Assembly (NCBI GenBank): GCA_973895155.1
Contig: OZ316894.1
Span: 25,108,709 to 25,172,708, forward strand
Direction of reading: 5' to 3'
DNA length: 64,000 nt
From: Marsupella aquatica
Taxonomy: Eukaryota > Plantae > Marchantiophyta
The notes under the pieces are model-generated. The model made no database searches. It saw nothing but the letters and a program-made list of their open reading frames with translations, and was not told where the DNA came from. The translations under genes and the position numbers were made by a program. Of the stretch, positions 59,501 through 64,000 are shown piece by piece (the stretch's first letter is position 1; each line of letters begins with the position of its first letter).

Positions 59501-62500
59501 AAAGCCAACTAATGTACTATCTTTTAGTTATATAGATCCAATAGGGGGTCTCAAACCTTAAAATTTGATATACCTTAACTTAGTAGTTAAGGTTGGGGCA
59601 AGAAAGTTATGGTCTATCTAATTCATAATCTATAACTTTTTGCTATAATATGCCACCATATGTCAATGTATAGGCTAGCTAGTGAAAAAAAACCTTTGAC
59701 ATGACCATGTGAAAAAGCTATGACCATTTGTTTATGCCCAAAGGCCGTCATCTGTAACTACAAAGCATTGAGACTCCCTAACCTGTTAAAACCTAATAGC
59801 CTTCCGATGACGGATTAGACCTAACGTTTTGCAATTGATTCACACCTGTTTAGAGTAACAAAACCTAATAGTGTTGCTTTATAGGGGCACTTTATGGGAG
59901 GGAAAGGACTGTTGTGCTATATAGCATTCATCCACTACACCCATTGCAAGCCAAAGCATGAAAGCACCAGAAAGAAAATCGATGGCTAAGGAGAGACTAG
60001 AATCAATGCCCGAAGATCACCAATCATCAATGTGCCAGCTTCAAACTAGGATGCCCTCTCCATCAGATTTTTAGAGAGGCGGTCTTACAAAACAGAGAGA
60101 GGAGATAACACACAAGCACAAGACAAAAAGTCAGGGACCCCACTCCAGTCAACTCAGGATTGCTAAACTTTCACACAAACTGACCTCCTCTCGTCTTGGA
60201 AAGTGACCTTTAGACATCTAAGGTGGAGATTGAGAGATGGCCGGAAAAAATGCAAACTAGATTGAGAGATGCAAGGAAAAAGTACCAACTGATGCCTCCA
60301 CTCCTTTTGTAAAGTACCCCTTATCCTGGTATGGAGTTCTGAGACTCCCTAGCTAGTAAGGAGCTCACTTGCAAAGCACTGTATTTATCAATGATTGCTT
60401 GGTTAGCTGAATGGCGTAATTGCAAGGGATCAGGGAATGGGGGACCTCAGGAAGCAATGCAGGGATTCGTGCACAACCCGACAATAGACCTAAAAGCACA
60501 CACCAAAAAGGGCATATGTAGCCAGGCTTGCACACACCAAAAGGCAGCAAAAGGGCATAGCTAGGCAGCTTAGTTTGTCAGGTGTCACCGCTTTACCTCT
60601 TTTGTCAAAATAGAAGAGACTGGTAACAGAGAGATAGAGATCCTACAAACATGGCTAGTCTTGGAAAGTCGTCACTCTCACTCCATTGTGAGCGACGGGA
60701 CCCGCAACAACTCACTTTCTTTCGAGCTGAACAAGTAGAACCACTTTCAGCGCCACGTTAAGCATCATTGGGCATCACTCAACAGCTGGGCCCAGTCAAA
60801 TGATACCCCTGACCAGGTGGAAAAGAGAATTTATGCCGTAATATGGCACTGGTCCCGAACTCTCTCAGTGCTGACTACGAAATCGAATCTTCATCAGGCT
60901 CACTCACTTCCAAAGTTCCAAACACTAAGCCCAACTCGTCCACTGAAATCCCATAAATTGCTGGGATAGACGGACATTTATGCAGCAGGAGCTCAATGAT
61001 GAGTGAGTCGAGTCCGGATTTCCGTCTGTTCCTACTCCCCTCTTAAACAAAATGTCTGACCGACTACTCGGATGTTTGTTACCGTTTCCTGGCCGAGAAT
61101 TGGGTTCAATGTTTCTGCTCACCTACTAAGTTGGTTGTCGTCGCCAGAATTCAGATTGCCTCCTCTCTCAAGAGAATGATTGTCATACAATTCTGATGTT
61201 TGTTGTCGATCGTACGTTTGTTGGCCACCTTTTCAAAGCTTATCTGTCATCGTCCTTCGGGGTGTGTGATTCTCCTTCGACACCGGCGCATGTCACGATT
61301 ACAGACGGAGTTCTCCATTTGTTGTTTCGGAATGACTATTGAGCTTCAAGCATATAGCCACTTGCATACACTGTAGAGATAGTCTCCATCAGTTCTCTAC
61401 CTGTTCACACCCTCGACACAAGTACGTATTTCCTGAGAGTAACTCAACTTTTGCTGCAGCTTGATTACCAAGGGAAATCCGAGTTCCAGAGTTTCGAGCC
61501 GCCCATTTCTAGCTACGTACAGTGTGCTCATGTGTCGTAGTGCACATACTTTTCCATTTCTCTTCGTTTGTTGTGGAGTCTTTGACACGGAACTCGAACC
61601 TTTCTGTGTTGTACGTAAATTTAGCCGGCTTCTGGACTAACTTGTTACTGAAATCAAAGGTCGTCGATCAGGCCCACTTGATATAGAGAAAGTTTGCTCT
61701 ATGCTGTCCCCGCCTGTGACGGCTATCACCAGCATACATTTTCTTTGCGCTGTCCGCCTATCACTGTAGGGCCTGCAGCATTCTATCAATTAGAATTTGC
61801 ACGTAGCGGGATTGGAACGTAGAGTAAGGGAACAAACTCAGATGGTGGAGGCTCGAGTACTGTCACGACCACAAGTCTGATATTATGGACAGTACGTGTC
61901 ATTCTTTTAGTTCGGATCCGTTGGGATATGTAGTCGACCTTACCATTTGAATTCAGGTTGTTTTTCTTTGTGGTCATTTCTTCTCGTTACTTGACGTGAG
62001 AGGTTGAAGTCTGTTCTAATACCTCCTAAGATTGAAGCAGAAGGGTAGCTCTTGATTAGGAAGCCTAGTCAAAGTATCCTTGAAGTAGAAGTGTCATGTT
62101 GAAGATCGTCCAGAGCGAAGAAAAAGAAAATGCATACGAGGATAGGTATTACTTCACGTGAGGCATACCAGCTCATCTAGGAGATTGTTTACTGTTTCGA
62201 CGTTGACTCTCCTAAGTTGGTCTAGTTTGAGGCCTTTGATGTATCACAGAAGAGAACAAAGAACTTTCTTAACAGCGTTATCGTCGTCGAACTGTGTGCG
62301 ACTTGCGTTTTCTTTCGGGTTTTTTTTGGGTACGTTTACGTGTGTTTCTGGGAAGCATGCAAATTAGTTAACAGGCTCACGTAAATTATAGATGCACTTG
62401 AGCGATACTACTTAAACTGTATAGCTAAAATGTCAATGTACCCTCTTCAATCCACATTAATTTGTTGCACTAAAGCTCTCAGTGATATTGTAAGTTGATT

Positions 62501-62659
62501 TTTGATGAACATGGACATGGATGAGATCACGGTAACAAGGAAATTTGAGGAGCAACTTCACGCTGAGCACTTGCTCGATTGCCCTGGACCTCAAACAGCT
62601 CGATTTTACTTTGTAAGATAAAGAGTGATGTTACCTATTTGAGTCACAGGACATTAGCC

Positions 62660-62836
62660 GTGTGTTGTCACAGTGCGAGATTCTATGATCAGTAAGGATT
62701 TGAAGCGTAAAGGAACAAACTGAGGTGGTGGATATATGTCCTGTGTGCTGTCACAGTGCGAGATTCTATGATCAGTAAGACGATTCTATGATCAGTAAGG
62801 ACTTGAAGCGTAAAGGAACAAACTCAGGTGGTGGAG
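62660..62836 (+). repeat. Local tandem duplication (~80 bp with a nested ~19-bp duplication)
   Basis: TGTCACAGTGCGAGATTCTATGATCAGTAAG...GAAGCGTAAAGGAACAAACT.AGGTGGTGGA occurs twice and GATTCTATGATCAGTAAG three times. Confidence 0.85.
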
Positions 62837-64000
62837 GCCCGAGTAATGTCAGAATCACAATTATGAATTTGTTGATAGTATCATTTTTGAAGTTCCTACA
62901 TATACGTGGGCCTTCCCCATTTGAACTTGTTCTAGCCGCTACAGAAATGCCAACAAAATGCCCATCCTAGTCAACTACAAGAGCCACCAAAGATTCAACT
63001 TCTTTCGAGTGATACAAGCAAATTTTGGAGGCTCGACTTGGACCTGCGCGCCCTCTTGATTTAGTACGCCAATGGCCGAGCTTAGAGTCTTCAGTTCTTT
63101 GAAGAGGGAAGTATATCATATACAGCTCGGTTCTCGAAAGGCGGGTTCAATCTAGTGATTTCCTTCATGGGTACGTCGCGGTCATGCATTTCTCATGAGC
63201 TAACAAATAATAGAACTTTGTCAGGTCTATAATTCGATTATACTTGTGTGTTTCATATCGTGAGACAGTACGTATTTCGGTGTTCTTCATTGCAAAGTAA
63301 TAGCCGTATTTGCTGGCAGACATATAGTTATGTTGGTTTCGTTGTCGAACTGTGCAAACCACGATATGATAATGAACTACAATCCCCAGCTTGACTACAT
63401 TCCTTCTAATTCCTTTCGCGAGTGAAGCTAGATCTGTTGATTTTGTGAGAGACCTGCACAGACCGTTCAGATGTTGAAGGGAACTTCGGGCCTGTGCGAC
63501 AGATTCGCTACTTAGTGGAGAAAAGGTATTAAGCTCCAAACTCCAACGTGCGGGAAAGGAAGTCACGGTAGAATCCTTGCAGCTCTTCATGTTCCGATTT
63601 CTGCTTCCTTTGTGCGGTTATCTCGACTAGTATCTGAAATTGCATCGTGTCTCAATTGCTATTCTCATGACTCACCCCGGTCATGTTTCATTCACTCTTG
63701 GTAGTTTTTAACTATTGTTATCAGAATCGATCTTCTGTCACTCTTTAGTTTTAATGGTAGTCTTTCGAGACGTCGATCTCGTGTAGTTGTGTTGTCAATC
63801 TTGTCAATCGACTTACTTGCATCATCTTTGTTGTCGGACCAAAGCTTTGGAGTCGAGTTCGCGTGATGGTACTCGTAATTCGTGTATTATTCCACTTTCA
63901 CTTCGTCGCTAAAGGTTATAAAGAACTCGCTTACTATCAGACTGTCATGAAGTACTGACAGATGTTTTGGTGTATTTGCGGCGAAGCTGCTATTCTCTCC

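Overview
This is eukaryotic nuclear DNA from a land plant. Intron style, GA-rich leaders and gene content suggest a bryophyte such as a liverwort (inference). The first ~27 kb is gene-rich: exon 1 of plastid dihydroxy-acid dehydratase (- strand, running off the window start), a 12-exon carboxypeptidase Q-like M28 peptidase, an intronless conserved plastid-type protein of unknown function, and a 9-exon plastid ribulose-phosphate 3-epimerase (RPE). A ~750-bp copy of the RPE leader, exon 1 and intron start sits 11.7 kb upstream of RPE, directly in front of the unknown gene. Between them lies a full-length but decayed Ty1/copia element (14547-21374). It carries a nested solo LTR, which itself carries a hAT-type MITE, and all three target-site duplications are readable. 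The remaining ~37 kb has no recognisable host gene. It contains a PIF/Harbinger transposase pseudogene, LINE fragments, solo LTRs, foldback elements, further copies of the MITE (one a 2.8-kb long version), a palindromic-motif repeat array and an unexplained CpG-rich tail. No rRNA, true tRNA or CRISPR array was found. All calls are by eye; no database searches were run.
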